A stretch of 64,000 bases of DNA, from the IMG/VR virus record IMGVR_UViG_3300031949_000029, positions 420-64,419 of that record; one strand, 5' to 3'. Each line of letters opens with the position of its first letter. Within the stretch, counting starts at the first letter, position 1. This stretch comes from a virus. The position numbers and the translations under genes are program-made. The notes beneath the pieces were generated by a model that was given only the letters and a program-made list of their open reading frames with translations, searched no databases and had not been told where the DNA came from. Shown here piece after piece: positions 14,408-23,179 of this stretch.

Positions 14408-14536
14408 ATAACTCCTTTAAGGTAATGTCACTAGAGCCCCACCCCGAGCTTCCGAGATGGGGCTCGGTTGCCTTTGAGGGAAACAGTTCTGGCAACCACA
14501 AGAGGTCCCGTGCTGCAAGCTTGGCATCACCCCCTT

Positions 14537-14611
14537 TGGCGACAGCGCCAGGATTTGAACCTGGACCCACGAGTTTTGGAGGCTCGGATGCTCCCGTTAC
14601 ACCACGCTGTC
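14537..14611 (-). tRNA. tRNA-Trp(CCA)
   Basis: Loop CT-CCA-AA; G73-CCA. Confidence 0.88.
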
Positions 14612-14621
14612 TGATTAGAAT

Positions 14622-15101
14622 CTAGGCTCTCTTCCGAGGCTTGGCAAGTGGAGATTTGCCCGAGCGTTTCCGCTTGGCTGCTGCCCTAGTGTCAGCAGCT
14701 TTGGTCTTAGGGCCAATGATCAGCATTTCGGAGGCGGTCCAGCCGAAGAAGGAAGGCGACGATGGTGGCCAGTCAGCACTCTGACTTCCATAAGCTCCAG
14801 TGCCTCGAAGCTTGATTTCTTTGATCACCCTGTTTGCTGCCACCGTTCCCTCTAGGTAGCGTAGAGCTGCCTTGTAGGTATTAAAGGTGTGGAAGCCGGG
14901 CTTGTAGCTACGCAGCTTTTTAAGCTGACTGGCATAGATCAGCTTGCTCCCCCTAGCTTTGATCCAGGTGTCGTATTTGTATGGCTTACCGGAATGATAT
15001 AACGGGGAGTCAAACGCATCATCTCCAATGGGTATCAGGATCTTCCAGGCCCTGGTGTCCCTAGGGATTGGTCCCTTTCTAATGACAAAGTACATGCACA
15101 T
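14622..15101 (-). CDS. Basic hypothetical protein
   Basis: 159-aa ORF with GAGGAGG RBS. Confidence 0.5.
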   Translation of the reverse strand: MCMYFVIRKGPIPRDTRAWKILIPIGDDAFDSPLYHSGKPYKYDTWIKARGSKLIYASQLKKLRSYKPGFHTFNTYKAALRYLEGTVAANRVIKEIKLRGTGAYGSQSADWPPSSPSFFGWTASEMLIIGPKTKAADTRAAAKRKRSGKSPLAKPRKRA

Positions 15102-15194
15102 TGCTACTTCCTCCTCAGGAGTCTCAAAGCGATGAAGGCTACTAGCCAGATCACTAGGAAGTCAGTTAGAAAGGCTATGCCGTGGACCACCAGC

Positions 15195-15398
15195 TTATCT
15201 CCAGCTCTCTGGCCAATCTAGATCGAGCCAGACGATAGTAAGAGCACAGGTCAAGCCTACCGCGACTGCCAGTGGAATCTGGACGCTCATGGAAGTGTCT
15301 TTGAAGAGAGATCCCAGGAGGGCACATATGGGAATGCAGATTGCGCTGCCAATTGACCACTGCCGCCATAACCGCCGCCAGCCATCATCATCTAGCAC
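15195..15398 (-). CDS. Small membrane protein
   Basis: Two hydrophobic helices; overlaps the end of the polymerase gene. Confidence 0.4.
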   Translation of the reverse strand: MLDDDGWRRLWRQWSIGSAICIPICALLGSLFKDTSMSVQIPLAVAVGLTCALTIVWLDLDWPESWR

Positions 15399-18300
15399 GC
15401 AATCTCCTCCATTTCTCCCCAGTTAGCTCCTAGCTTGGCGGCCACACCGATTTGTAGGTGTGTACCTAGCTTGGCTAGCTCCCCCACCATTGGCTGCTCC
15501 TCGATCGGCCTGGTCATGGCATTGACAACCTTGGCCAGCACCTTGTCGACTTCGCTCTTGTAGATCTCCAGCAACACCGAATCATGAACTAGGGCTCTGA
15601 ATGGTGTGACCTGGCCTTCCTGTAGAATACAGTTCTCCATGTCCAGGTCAGTCAGCTCCAGACAGCTCTCGTACAAGACACCAGCTGCAGTACTCTGTGG
15701 ATAGTAAGCAATACAGGACTTAGCATCAGCTCCTAGTGTCCATTCGCCGCGCTGTCCATCCCACTGATAAACTTCCCAGAACCAATGCTTGTAGTGGAAT
15801 GGATGGTCAGCTCCCCCCAAATACCCCATCTTCCAAGCCCGATCGCGCAGGGCCTGGTGCCAGGCAGGAAGCTTAGGGCATAGCTCGAACAGCAGCTTCT
15901 GGTTAGCCTCTGCACTAGCTACTGTAGGGAACAGCTCCGGGTAAGTCTTGTGGAGTCCTAGAGCGGTCATCCCATAGAGAGTATTCCCAGTGACGCTGAT
16001 CCGGTTCCTATGGCGTGTTAAGAAGTAGCTAGATGGGACGGTAACACAGTAGACAGGTCCGTCCCAAGGGACCAGCGTCTTGATAAGACAGCAAACCCGA
16101 GCTAGTTTTCGCTTGTTAAATGACAGCTTGTACAGAGGTAGCCTCTTACCTTCCCTTAGGTGCATCTGGAGTAGCGCCTGTATCCCTGCCAGATGTGCCA
16201 GTGTCTGTATCGCCTCTGCATTGGATTTGTTGGTCGTCATGTACCAGGACTGCTTACCATGTCGGTGTCCATCCCAGAAGGTGGTTTCATCGACTAAGGC
16301 ACGTTTCTGGCTGGCTGTCAGGACTAGCAGCTTATCCAGTACAAAAGTTTTGTCAGGCTCAGCTAGATAAGCCAGAGCCCTTGGTATGGAAGCTTTGCTA
16401 ATTCTGTAGTAAGTCCTGCCTGGGTAGTCTGGATATTCTCGTTTGGTGAAATCAGCGTGACAGGTCTGGAGAAGCAGCTCTAACCGCTTCTTCTTTCTAG
16501 ACCTCTTCAGACAGAAGCGCACTTTCTTTCTACTGAGATGACCATCTGCCTGGATTGCGGCAGCCAACTGTGGATAGACACCATCCTCAACGGGGCCTTG
16601 AAGTATGCCATTTATTGGAATCCGATCATGCTTCTTTAATGTGTCAGCCGTACGCTCTACAAGGACATTGTTAGTGATGGTAGCTAGTCTATGCCAAGGA
16701 GTCATCGTAGCTGACAAGCCACGACCTTCTAACCTGATCATCTCCCCTTGCCAGTCACGGTTGGTTATCCTAGAAGGTACGACAAACTCGATAGCCCCGT
16801 TAGACCATTGTGCCACCTGTGTTCCAGTCTGTAGCTGGTCCAAGCGCACCCAGCCCTGTGGCGTTAAAACCTCATGTGCGCCTGATAGGCATCCATAAAT
16901 CGTGCGCTTAGACTTATCTCGCTGAGCCCCAGCCCTTGCCTTAATCGCCTTCAATGCTTGTCTTAGCTCATCGTCCCCCCAGCCAGCGTCAACCCGCTCC
17001 CCCAGCACGTGTCCAGCGTGGTAATCGTGGATACCAAGCTTGGCTAGCCGAACGAAATCTGGGTCACCTAGGAACCAGCCAGTCTCTACAGCTTCGATTG
17101 CACTAAAATCGACCTCCAGCAGAACCATCCCAGGTCCTGCCACCAGTGCCCTTCTGAACTTGCTCTCCTTGTCGACATTCTGAAGGTTCGGGTTGACACA
17201 GCTGAGCCGCATTGTAGAGGGCCCATGGGTGAAAGTCGGGTGGAGTCTGCCATCTGCCCCCAGCCGCCTCTCGGTCCCTTCTACATAGGTTCCCAGGACC
17301 TTATCAACACGTCGGTAGTCTAGAACTAGCGGATACAACGGGTCCTTAGTGGTCTTGGCTAGCCTGGCTAGTGTTTGCTCATCAGTGCTATCCCTAGCTG
17401 TCTTCTTGGCCCTCCCAGGCTTATGTCTCTTATGCTTGATGTAGTTAAGTAGCTGATCTGGGCTGCCCAGATTGAATGGAAGCTGCCTATGATATCTGCT
17501 GGTCTGCTGCGACTCCTTCACTACCTTGGGCTTAAGCTCCTTACTGATTTTTCCTTTCTCATCCTTACAGCGGTGGGTCTTAGTTACATTCACTTCTCTA
17601 CATGTCAGGCATAGCTGGATCTCGACAAGCTCCAGCTTTTCTACGATCCCAGCCTCGCCAGCTGGTCTACGCGCTAGTGACGGCCCAAGAGGTTTTAGTG
17701 CTTCGTCAACTAGGTTCTGGGCCTTAGCAACCAGTACCAGCTTCTCACTAGCCAGTTCTTGACGGTAAGCAGCAAGCCCAGCTTTGTCCACCCCCAAGCC
17801 AGCGTCTTCGGCTGGCTTGAGCACTTGACTATCCAAGCAGTAAACATGGCGTTGGAAGGCTTCCCACTGACCTCCAGCTTGGAGGTCTCTAGTGATACCA
17901 AAAGCGCATCGCAGTGTCTGCACTGCGTCCACAGCAGCGTAGCGCCCAGGGTCAGTCCCGGATAAATGCTTCCAAGGTCCGTAGTCAGAGTAGAATGGCG
18001 CCACGAATCCAAGGCCGCGTGGTAGGTCTGATTGAAGCACGTGCCAGGCCCACATGAAATCAAGCACTCTCCCTGTGGAGGCGAAACCGGCTGCTCGTAG
18101 CCTTGGGATATCGTAACTAGCGTTCCAGTAACACTGAACTCCTTGGTGTCCAAGAAGTCTCCTAATTATCGCCAAATACTGGCCAGACCAAGGGACTGTC
18201 ACCCCCTGATCTGGGTGGTAAGCAAAGTTGATCCTGATGATCTCGCCGAAATCATCTGCTAGCTCATCTTCGGCCTGCCCAAGAATCTTGTCCTGGGTCT

Positions 18301-18964
18301 CAATGTCAACAGCAAGCCAGCAGTCTTCAGTGATCCTAGTGGCCCACTGCTCGAACCAGGACGGGCTGGGGTCTACTACCAGACTAGTCGGTGCCGGCCT
18401 AGGGTCACGTCCCCCGGCCACTTCAATCGCTTGCTTCAAATCCCAGCAGACCACTCCACTCAGCTTCTTGTTGCCTCTTAGTAGGTAAGCTGGGTGGAAG
18501 CTGGGTACTACCCAGAAGCGACCATGAGGTTCCAGTACCGGCTGGCCATGCCAGTTCTGCTGCTTGTGTCCTTTGCGGGGAAGTCCTAGAAGCTGGCGAG
18601 TGGCAGAACCTCCCAGGGCCACCACCGCTCTCCTGCCTTCACCTAAGGTCTTATCCAGATACTGCCTGCAGGTGGCCAGTGCTTGGTGTTCCCAAGGGGC
18701 GCCATCTAGCCAATCATTGGGTGGCTGACAGCGTACACAGTTGTCTACCCTGACTGCTGCCCGATCGAGGCCAACTTTGGTCAGTAAGCGGTTGAGCAAT
18801 TCTCCGCTAGGACCGACAAAAGGCTGGCCAGCCAAAGCCTCAGAGCGTCCTAGCGCCTCTCCTACAATCGCTAGCTCAGCTTGTACTGGACCTGAAGCTG
18901 GGGCATAACCTAGACCCCTGTCAAACAATACGCATCCGGCACATGTCGACGGCTTCTGAAGCAC
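15392..18964 (-). CDS. polA: Family A DNA polymerase with N-terminal family-4 uracil-DNA glycosylase, 3'-5' exonuclease and an intein
   Basis: UDG: CAGC, IVGEALG..E...PFVGPSG, FHPAYLLR. Exo: AVDIET, NASYD. Pol: RLSCVNPNLQN, EVDFSAIE, KRTIYG, VHDSV. Confidence 0.93.
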   Translation of the reverse strand: MLQKPSTCAGCVLFDRGLGYAPASGPVQAELAIVGEALGRSEALAGQPFVGPSGELLNRLLTKVGLDRAAVRVDNCVRCQPPNDWLDGAPWEHQALATCRQYLDKTLGEGRRAVVALGGSATRQLLGLPRKGHKQQNWHGQPVLEPHGRFWVVPSFHPAYLLRGNKKLSGVVCWDLKQAIEVAGGRDPRPAPTSLVVDPSPSWFEQWATRITEDCWLAVDIETQDKILGQAEDELADDFGEIIRINFAYHPDQGVTVPWSGQYLAIIRRLLGHQGVQCYWNASYDIPRLRAAGFASTGRVLDFMWAWHVLQSDLPRGLGFVAPFYSDYGPWKHLSGTDPGRYAAVDAVQTLRCAFGITRDLQAGGQWEAFQRHVYCLDSQVLKPAEDAGLGVDKAGLAAYRQELASEKLVLVAKAQNLVDEALKPLGPSLARRPAGEAGIVEKLELVEIQLCLTCREVNVTKTHRCKDEKGKISKELKPKVVKESQQTSRYHRQLPFNLGSPDQLLNYIKHKRHKPGRAKKTARDSTDEQTLARLAKTTKDPLYPLVLDYRRVDKVLGTYVEGTERRLGADGRLHPTFTHGPSTMRLSCVNPNLQNVDKESKFRRALVAGPGMVLLEVDFSAIEAVETGWFLGDPDFVRLAKLGIHDYHAGHVLGERVDAGWGDDELRQALKAIKARAGAQRDKSKRTIYGCLSGAHEVLTPQGWVRLDQLQTGTQVAQWSNGAIEFVVPSRITNRDWQGEMIRLEGRGLSATMTPWHRLATITNNVLVERTADTLKKHDRIPINGILQGPVEDGVYPQLAAAIQADGHLSRKKVRFCLKRSRKKKRLELLLQTCHADFTKREYPDYPGRTYYRISKASIPRALAYLAEPDKTFVLDKLLVLTASQKRALVDETTFWDGHRHGKQSWYMTTNKSNAEAIQTLAHLAGIQALLQMHLREGKRLPLYKLSFNKRKLARVCCLIKTLVPWDGPVYCVTVPSSYFLTRHRNRISVTGNTLYGMTALGLHKTYPELFPTVASAEANQKLLFELCPKLPAWHQALRDRAWKMGYLGGADHPFHYKHWFWEVYQWDGQRGEWTLGADAKSCIAYYPQSTAAGVLYESCLELTDLDMENCILQEGQVTPFRALVHDSVLLEIYKSEVDKVLAKVVNAMTRPIEEQPMVGELAKLGTHLQIGVAAKLGANWGEMEEIAC
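15983..16891 (-). mobile_element. Intein (303 aa) with LAGLIDADG-type endonuclease, in PolA motif B
   Basis: Begins CLSGAHEVLTPQGW, ends SVTGN with Thr at +1; AIQADG and TFWDG blocks; excision restores KRTIYG-TLYGM. Confidence 0.88.
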
Positions 18965-19172
18965 TGGGCCACTTCACTTGCAGTTTGTTAATTATTTTTA
19001 GCTCTTCCTGGTCCCCCAGCTCTTCCTGGTCCTCTAGTTTAGAACTGCCTTATCTGGATAATGCATAGCCAGTTCCACAACCTGGCTAAGCACCAGACCT
19101 TCCTTGAGCAGAAGTGTAATACCGCCATGCAGCAGCACTACTCCTTGCTCTAGCCGACTTCCCTCGTCCCCT

Positions 19173-19493
19173 TCATTCTTGCTGATCCACTCGACTTCCT
19201 CCCTGAACCTCTCCAGCCGGTCCAGGTTTGGCAGTCAACACCTCCTCTCCAGATTCGGACAGCAGCAGGATGCCGACTGCCCGGTTGCCTCGTGCCGAGA
19301 TGAGAGGAACAAAGCTGACATTACGCCCTGGCCTGACAAGCCTCAGCCCATCATCATCCAAGGCATCCCACAGCTTCGGATCTTCCAACATCGACTGATG
19401 GAAGAAATATTCCTTGTCACCTACTGCGATGTAACCAAAATTCTTGGCCTCCATCACAGCTGAAATCACACCGCCTAGCCTCCGTTCCTCCAT
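19173..19493 (-). CDS. Cold-shock-domain (OB-fold) protein
   Basis: RNP1/RNP2-like KNFGYI and EYFFHQS; ends RGNRAVGI. Confidence 0.75.
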   Translation of the reverse strand: MEERRLGGVISAVMEAKNFGYIAVGDKEYFFHQSMLEDPKLWDALDDDGLRLVRPGRNVSFVPLISARGNRAVGILLLSESGEEVLTAKPGPAGEVQGGSRVDQQE

Positions 19494-19509
19494 AAAGGTG
19501 ACCCCCTCC

Positions 19510-20148
19510 CTACTTCCTGATCCTGCGAATATCACCGAAGCAGCGGACGACAGCCCCACACGCACAGACGAATCTCTCATGGAAGACACCTGCTTCAGCT
19601 GGGATCAGCTTGACTGTAGCGCCATCAGCGCGAGGCTTCGACGGGATCCAGGTCTGATACCTTACGCCACAACCCTTCTTCCCTGGGATCCTCCCACTCT
19701 CGCCATAGACGTCGTTCCTGGGATCACAGAACCCAGACCAGTCATAGTCGGCGACGAAGGTCTTGTTGGGACCAAGCGAGTTCAGCTCTTCAGCGTACTC
19801 CTTGTTGTCGGTGAAAATCTTGGTAGAGCCCAGGACCTTGAGTAGAGTGCCGAAATCCGACACCAACTTGCCGTCCACTTCCCGCTCCACATTGGTCACT
19901 CTGGCCTTGACCCCCTGGCCAGTTTTCACTACGGTCAGCCCATTGGCATCCTCGAATACCACTGCAATCCGCTGGCCAACATCAGCAAGCACCGACTTGT
20001 AGCTCTTGCTTATATCAGCCGGCAGACGCAGTTCGTAGGCTCCGGGCTGTGGCAGAGGTTGACTAAATCCTCTGTTGTCTGGGATCTCCTGCGGATTGAC
20101 TGCTGGCAACTTGTCGGCGATCAGGTCTAGGTCATTGATATCAGGCAA
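19510..20148 (-). CDS. Hypothetical replication-module protein (possible ssDNA-binding protein)
   Basis: 212 aa between the CSD and SSAP-like genes; function inferred from position only. Confidence 0.45.
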   Translation of the reverse strand: MPDINDLDLIADKLPAVNPQEIPDNRGFSQPLPQPGAYELRLPADISKSYKSVLADVGQRIAVVFEDANGLTVVKTGQGVKARVTNVEREVDGKLVSDFGTLLKVLGSTKIFTDNKEYAEELNSLGPNKTFVADYDWSGFCDPRNDVYGESGRIPGKKGCGVRYQTWIPSKPRADGATVKLIPAEAGVFHERFVCACGAVVRCFGDIRRIRK

Positions 20149-20157
20149 TTTTCTCTC

Positions 20158-20877
20158 CTAGCGCGCTTTGGGTAGGTTGATCGGTGGGGTGGCCGGCGGG
20201 ATAACTGTCATGTTCCCGATGGCCGTTGAACTGCTGCCCGCCGATGGGAGGTCTGGGGCTAGAGACGACTGGGATGGGAAAAGGCGACGTTGGCCGCCGA
20301 CTATCTGGCTACCACCTGCTCCCACCTGTTCTCCTAACTCACTAATATCTGGCACTCCCAAGCCGCAGAGACCAAGTGTAGCACGGCGCTGAGCCCTGGT
20401 GTAGGACTTGGCGATCGCGATCCATAGGTTCTCTCCAGTCTGGTTCTCTATGCCAGCACCGCCCACTTCGATTAGTGAGCGCCCGTCCGGCAAACTAGCC
20501 TTGACCTTCACTATGTAGACATCTGGCCTGACCTGGTCTCCTAGCCTTAATGGTCCTTCTTCAAGAACTTCTATCGAGATCCTGTGGATCTCCCGAAGCT
20601 GATCGGCACAGCCAGCATTGGCGTACACTACGCGCTTTCCTTGCAGCGTGATCAAGTCAAAAGGCTTGGTCATCGGGTCCAGGCCACGCCGCTTGGCAAG
20701 CCAAAACAGATATTTGCTCGTCTGCTCTTGGGTCAGCTTCTGGACATCCATCTGAAGCAATTGGTCAACCGCTTCAGACTCTGCTGTCGTCAGCTTGCTT
20801 CCTGTACTAACCGTCACTGCCTGGACCGGTGCGTCCTCACCTTCCCTGATCTTCTCCTCCCCATTAGTCTTGGCCAT
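20158..20877 (-). CDS. Putative single-strand annealing protein (Rad52/ERF/RecT-like)
   Basis: LDPMTKPF...AIAKSYTRAQRRATLGLCGLG; next to an exonuclease. Confidence 0.55.
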   Translation of the reverse strand: MAKTNGEEKIREGEDAPVQAVTVSTGSKLTTAESEAVDQLLQMDVQKLTQEQTSKYLFWLAKRRGLDPMTKPFDLITLQGKRVVYANAGCADQLREIHRISIEVLEEGPLRLGDQVRPDVYIVKVKASLPDGRSLIEVGGAGIENQTGENLWIAIAKSYTRAQRRATLGLCGLGVPDISELGEQVGAGGSQIVGGQRRLFPSQSSLAPDLPSAGSSSTAIGNMTVIPPATPPINLPKAR

Positions 20878-21057
20878 CGGCCATTAGTCTCCTGTACTAT
20901 CGTCATTACCTGTTGTCTCTTCCTGGTCCTCTTCGGTTTTGGCCTGTGTGGTTGTGACTCTCTTGGCTCTGTCGCAGATCACTCATCGTCACCTTGGCCC
21001 AGATGACCAAGATCAGCATGGCACCGCCGAGTAAGCCAAGAGCGAAGCTGGCAGCTA

Positions 21058-21462
21058 TCATACGAACTTGACCTTAATCTTCTTTTTGGCAAACAGCTCT
21101 TTGACCATAGCCATCCGCTCGGGGAGTGTCATTCCTGCGTAGTCATTGGCTGCTATGAGACCGTCTGTGAGAGCGCTGTTAACAGTCTTACCAGAGGCGG
21201 ATTTGTGTATCAGCCAAGCAGCTTCTTTTGGGTATCCTTTGCTGCTGGTGGCTAGCATAAGCTTCAGCTCATCCGGACTACCTATCTTCAGCAGGTCATC
21301 AGCTGGGACCCCCAGGGCATTGAAATAGAACCCTAGACAGCACATCTTGCCTTTTGGGTTCCGCAGCATGGAGGCTTCTTGATAGTGTCTCTCACTCCCA
21401 TGCAGCCACGTTCTCAGCTTGATTACCAAGGTCCCCACTTTCCGCTTATCCCTTCTCTTCAT
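21058..21462 (-). CDS. Hypothetical protein
   Basis: 134 aa with MCCLG motif. Confidence 0.5.
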   Translation of the reverse strand: MKRRDKRKVGTLVIKLRTWLHGSERHYQEASMLRNPKGKMCCLGFYFNALGVPADDLLKIGSPDELKLMLATSSKGYPKEAAWLIHKSASGKTVNSALTDGLIAANDYAGMTLPERMAMVKELFAKKKIKVKFV

Positions 21463-22735
21463 CTCTACCTCCCGCTTCCAGCTCCGGATGCAATGGTTCC
21501 CGCTTCACGTACTTTCCACTGCCCAATGGATCTTTCCAGCCGACGCGCCTATGGCAAATATCGACAAACTGACAAGCTGAGCCATAGCTGTAACAGTTCC
21601 AGCTAGGTGGCGCCTCGTAGGCTAGGGCTCTCTGAAATCCTGCAGAATCCCACGGCTCCTTGTTTTGAGCCAGTCTCCAGAGCCTGTCGATCCATTGGTG
21701 CTCCTCCCCAACTAGGCCGGCTACGCAGGTATCGATCACTGCATCAGGTCTATTGAATGGTCCAGCCAGCATGAAGTGTTTGGCCAGTTCAACTTCGCCT
21801 AGTGCCCTGACCCAGTATTCAGAGTTCCCCATCTCGGGTGGCTTCTCACTAAACTCCGCCTCCCACACCGGGTCTTTGTCTACCCAGTATCCCTTCAGAT
21901 CCCAGCTAGTCTTGGGCATCACTGGTGGGTTTGGAGCAGCGATCTTGGCATAGCAAAGTAGGCTGTATTGTCTCTCCTGAGGACTCAGCCTGTCTCCTCT
22001 GCTAAACACGCCTCGCCCTCCTTTGAGCATTGCATGTACGTAGAACCCCTGCACACGCTCGCCAGTCCTGGCTTCTACTCCCAAGATTCCGCACGCAAAC
22101 TGGAGACTCGCTCGATACTGGTCAAAAGTAGCTTCACTGAAGCTCGCTGAGGTTTTGAAGTCATGGACAGTAAGGTCATGGGATTCTCTGTCCCTGGCTA
22201 CAAAATCCGGCTTAGCAATCAACACTACTCCTTTGCAGGCTCTAGTGTGCTGAGCGTGGTCTCCTGCTGGCCCTCCGCAGGTACAGCCCAGCACTACTTG
22301 CTCTTCACGTTCTACATCCAGAATCTCAAACCGCTCAGCGATCTTAGGGTAGATCTGAAGCACCCATCCCCAGAACAGCCCTTCTATCAGGCAGCATTGT
22401 TCACTTACCGTAAATAGGACGTCATGCTGGTCTGCGAAGCCACGCTCAGCGACCTCGGCTCGGTAAGCGGCAGTGGCCTTGGCTACTGCTTCCTTGGGCG
22501 CCATTCCCTTCAAAAACAATGCCAGAGCCTGATGCAGATAGGTTCCGGTGGCCAGTGGAAGTGCCAGACCCTTTCTCCTGATTCCTACTCCCTCGTAGTG
22601 ATACCCGAGGAACCTGGCCATCTGGCAGTCTGCAGTCCCTTTCTCGTACCTGGTACGGCTAGTAGGCCAAAGTGCCATTTGCCCTCTAAGGGCTCTAGAA
22701 TGCCCTAGGATCAATCGAAGCTCATCCTTAGCCAC
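21446..22735 (-). CDS. PD-(D/E)XK exonuclease (RecB/Cas4-like)
   Basis: LATGTYLHQAL, KPDFVARD, VHDFKTS; C-terminal C..Y...C.F...C. Confidence 0.8.
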   Translation of the reverse strand: MAKDELRLILGHSRALRGQMALWPTSRTRYEKGTADCQMARFLGYHYEGVGIRRKGLALPLATGTYLHQALALFLKGMAPKEAVAKATAAYRAEVAERGFADQHDVLFTVSEQCCLIEGLFWGWVLQIYPKIAERFEILDVEREEQVVLGCTCGGPAGDHAQHTRACKGVVLIAKPDFVARDRESHDLTVHDFKTSASFSEATFDQYRASLQFACGILGVEARTGERVQGFYVHAMLKGGRGVFSRGDRLSPQERQYSLLCYAKIAAPNPPVMPKTSWDLKGYWVDKDPVWEAEFSEKPPEMGNSEYWVRALGEVELAKHFMLAGPFNRPDAVIDTCVAGLVGEEHQWIDRLWRLAQNKEPWDSAGFQRALAYEAPPSWNCYSYGSACQFVDICHRRVGWKDPLGSGKYVKREPLHPELEAGGRDEEKG

Positions 22736-22783
22736 CGGGATCTACTGCGCTTTCTCAGGCCCGTCCTGAGCCTTCTAGCTGCC

Positions 22784-23017
22784 TTATTCCCCCCTTGCTG
22801 CCAGCATGAACGCCCGCACTGCTGCATCTGCCGCAATTACGGCTTTTCCCATGATCTGCACACGAGCGTCGTCCCCAGCGTAACGTAACTGCTCTTGGGC
22901 GCCTAGCGCAGTAGCCACCGGGATATAAACCTTAAGCCAGATCCGCTCTCGGACCATGGCCAGCTGGTCGTCTTCATAGCCGCCGAAATCCTCGGCGGCC
23001 CAGTCCCTGTAAGTCAT
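22784..23017 (-). CDS. Hypothetical protein
   Basis: 77 aa with GGAGG RBS. Confidence 0.45.
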   Translation of the reverse strand: MTYRDWAAEDFGGYEDDQLAMVRERIWLKVYIPVATALGAQEQLRYAGDDARVQIMGKAVIAADAAVRAFMLAARGE

Positions 23018-23036
23018 CGGAGCAAACCTCCCAACT

Positions 23037-23179
23037 TCTGGATCAAAGTGTCTGGATCACGGCCTGTACTATATATAGGGTTGATCCAGACCGGATCCGG
23101 CGGGGTTCCGTTCCCGCCAGGTTGCTGTTCGCTAAGCACTTACGGCAGCTCAGTTCTGGATCAAGGGGGGTGATCCAAG
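23037..23179. repeat. Iteron/operator-like repeats TCTGGATCA around an AT-rich core
   Basis: TCTGGATCA at 23037, 23051 and 23155; inverted TGATCCAGA at 23082 and TGATCCAAG at 23171; TACTATATATA at 23067. Confidence 0.55.

Noticed and set aside
19004-19032. Short direct repeat GCTCTTCCTGGTCC x2
   Set aside because: Only two adjacent copies; likely a local duplication with no supportable function
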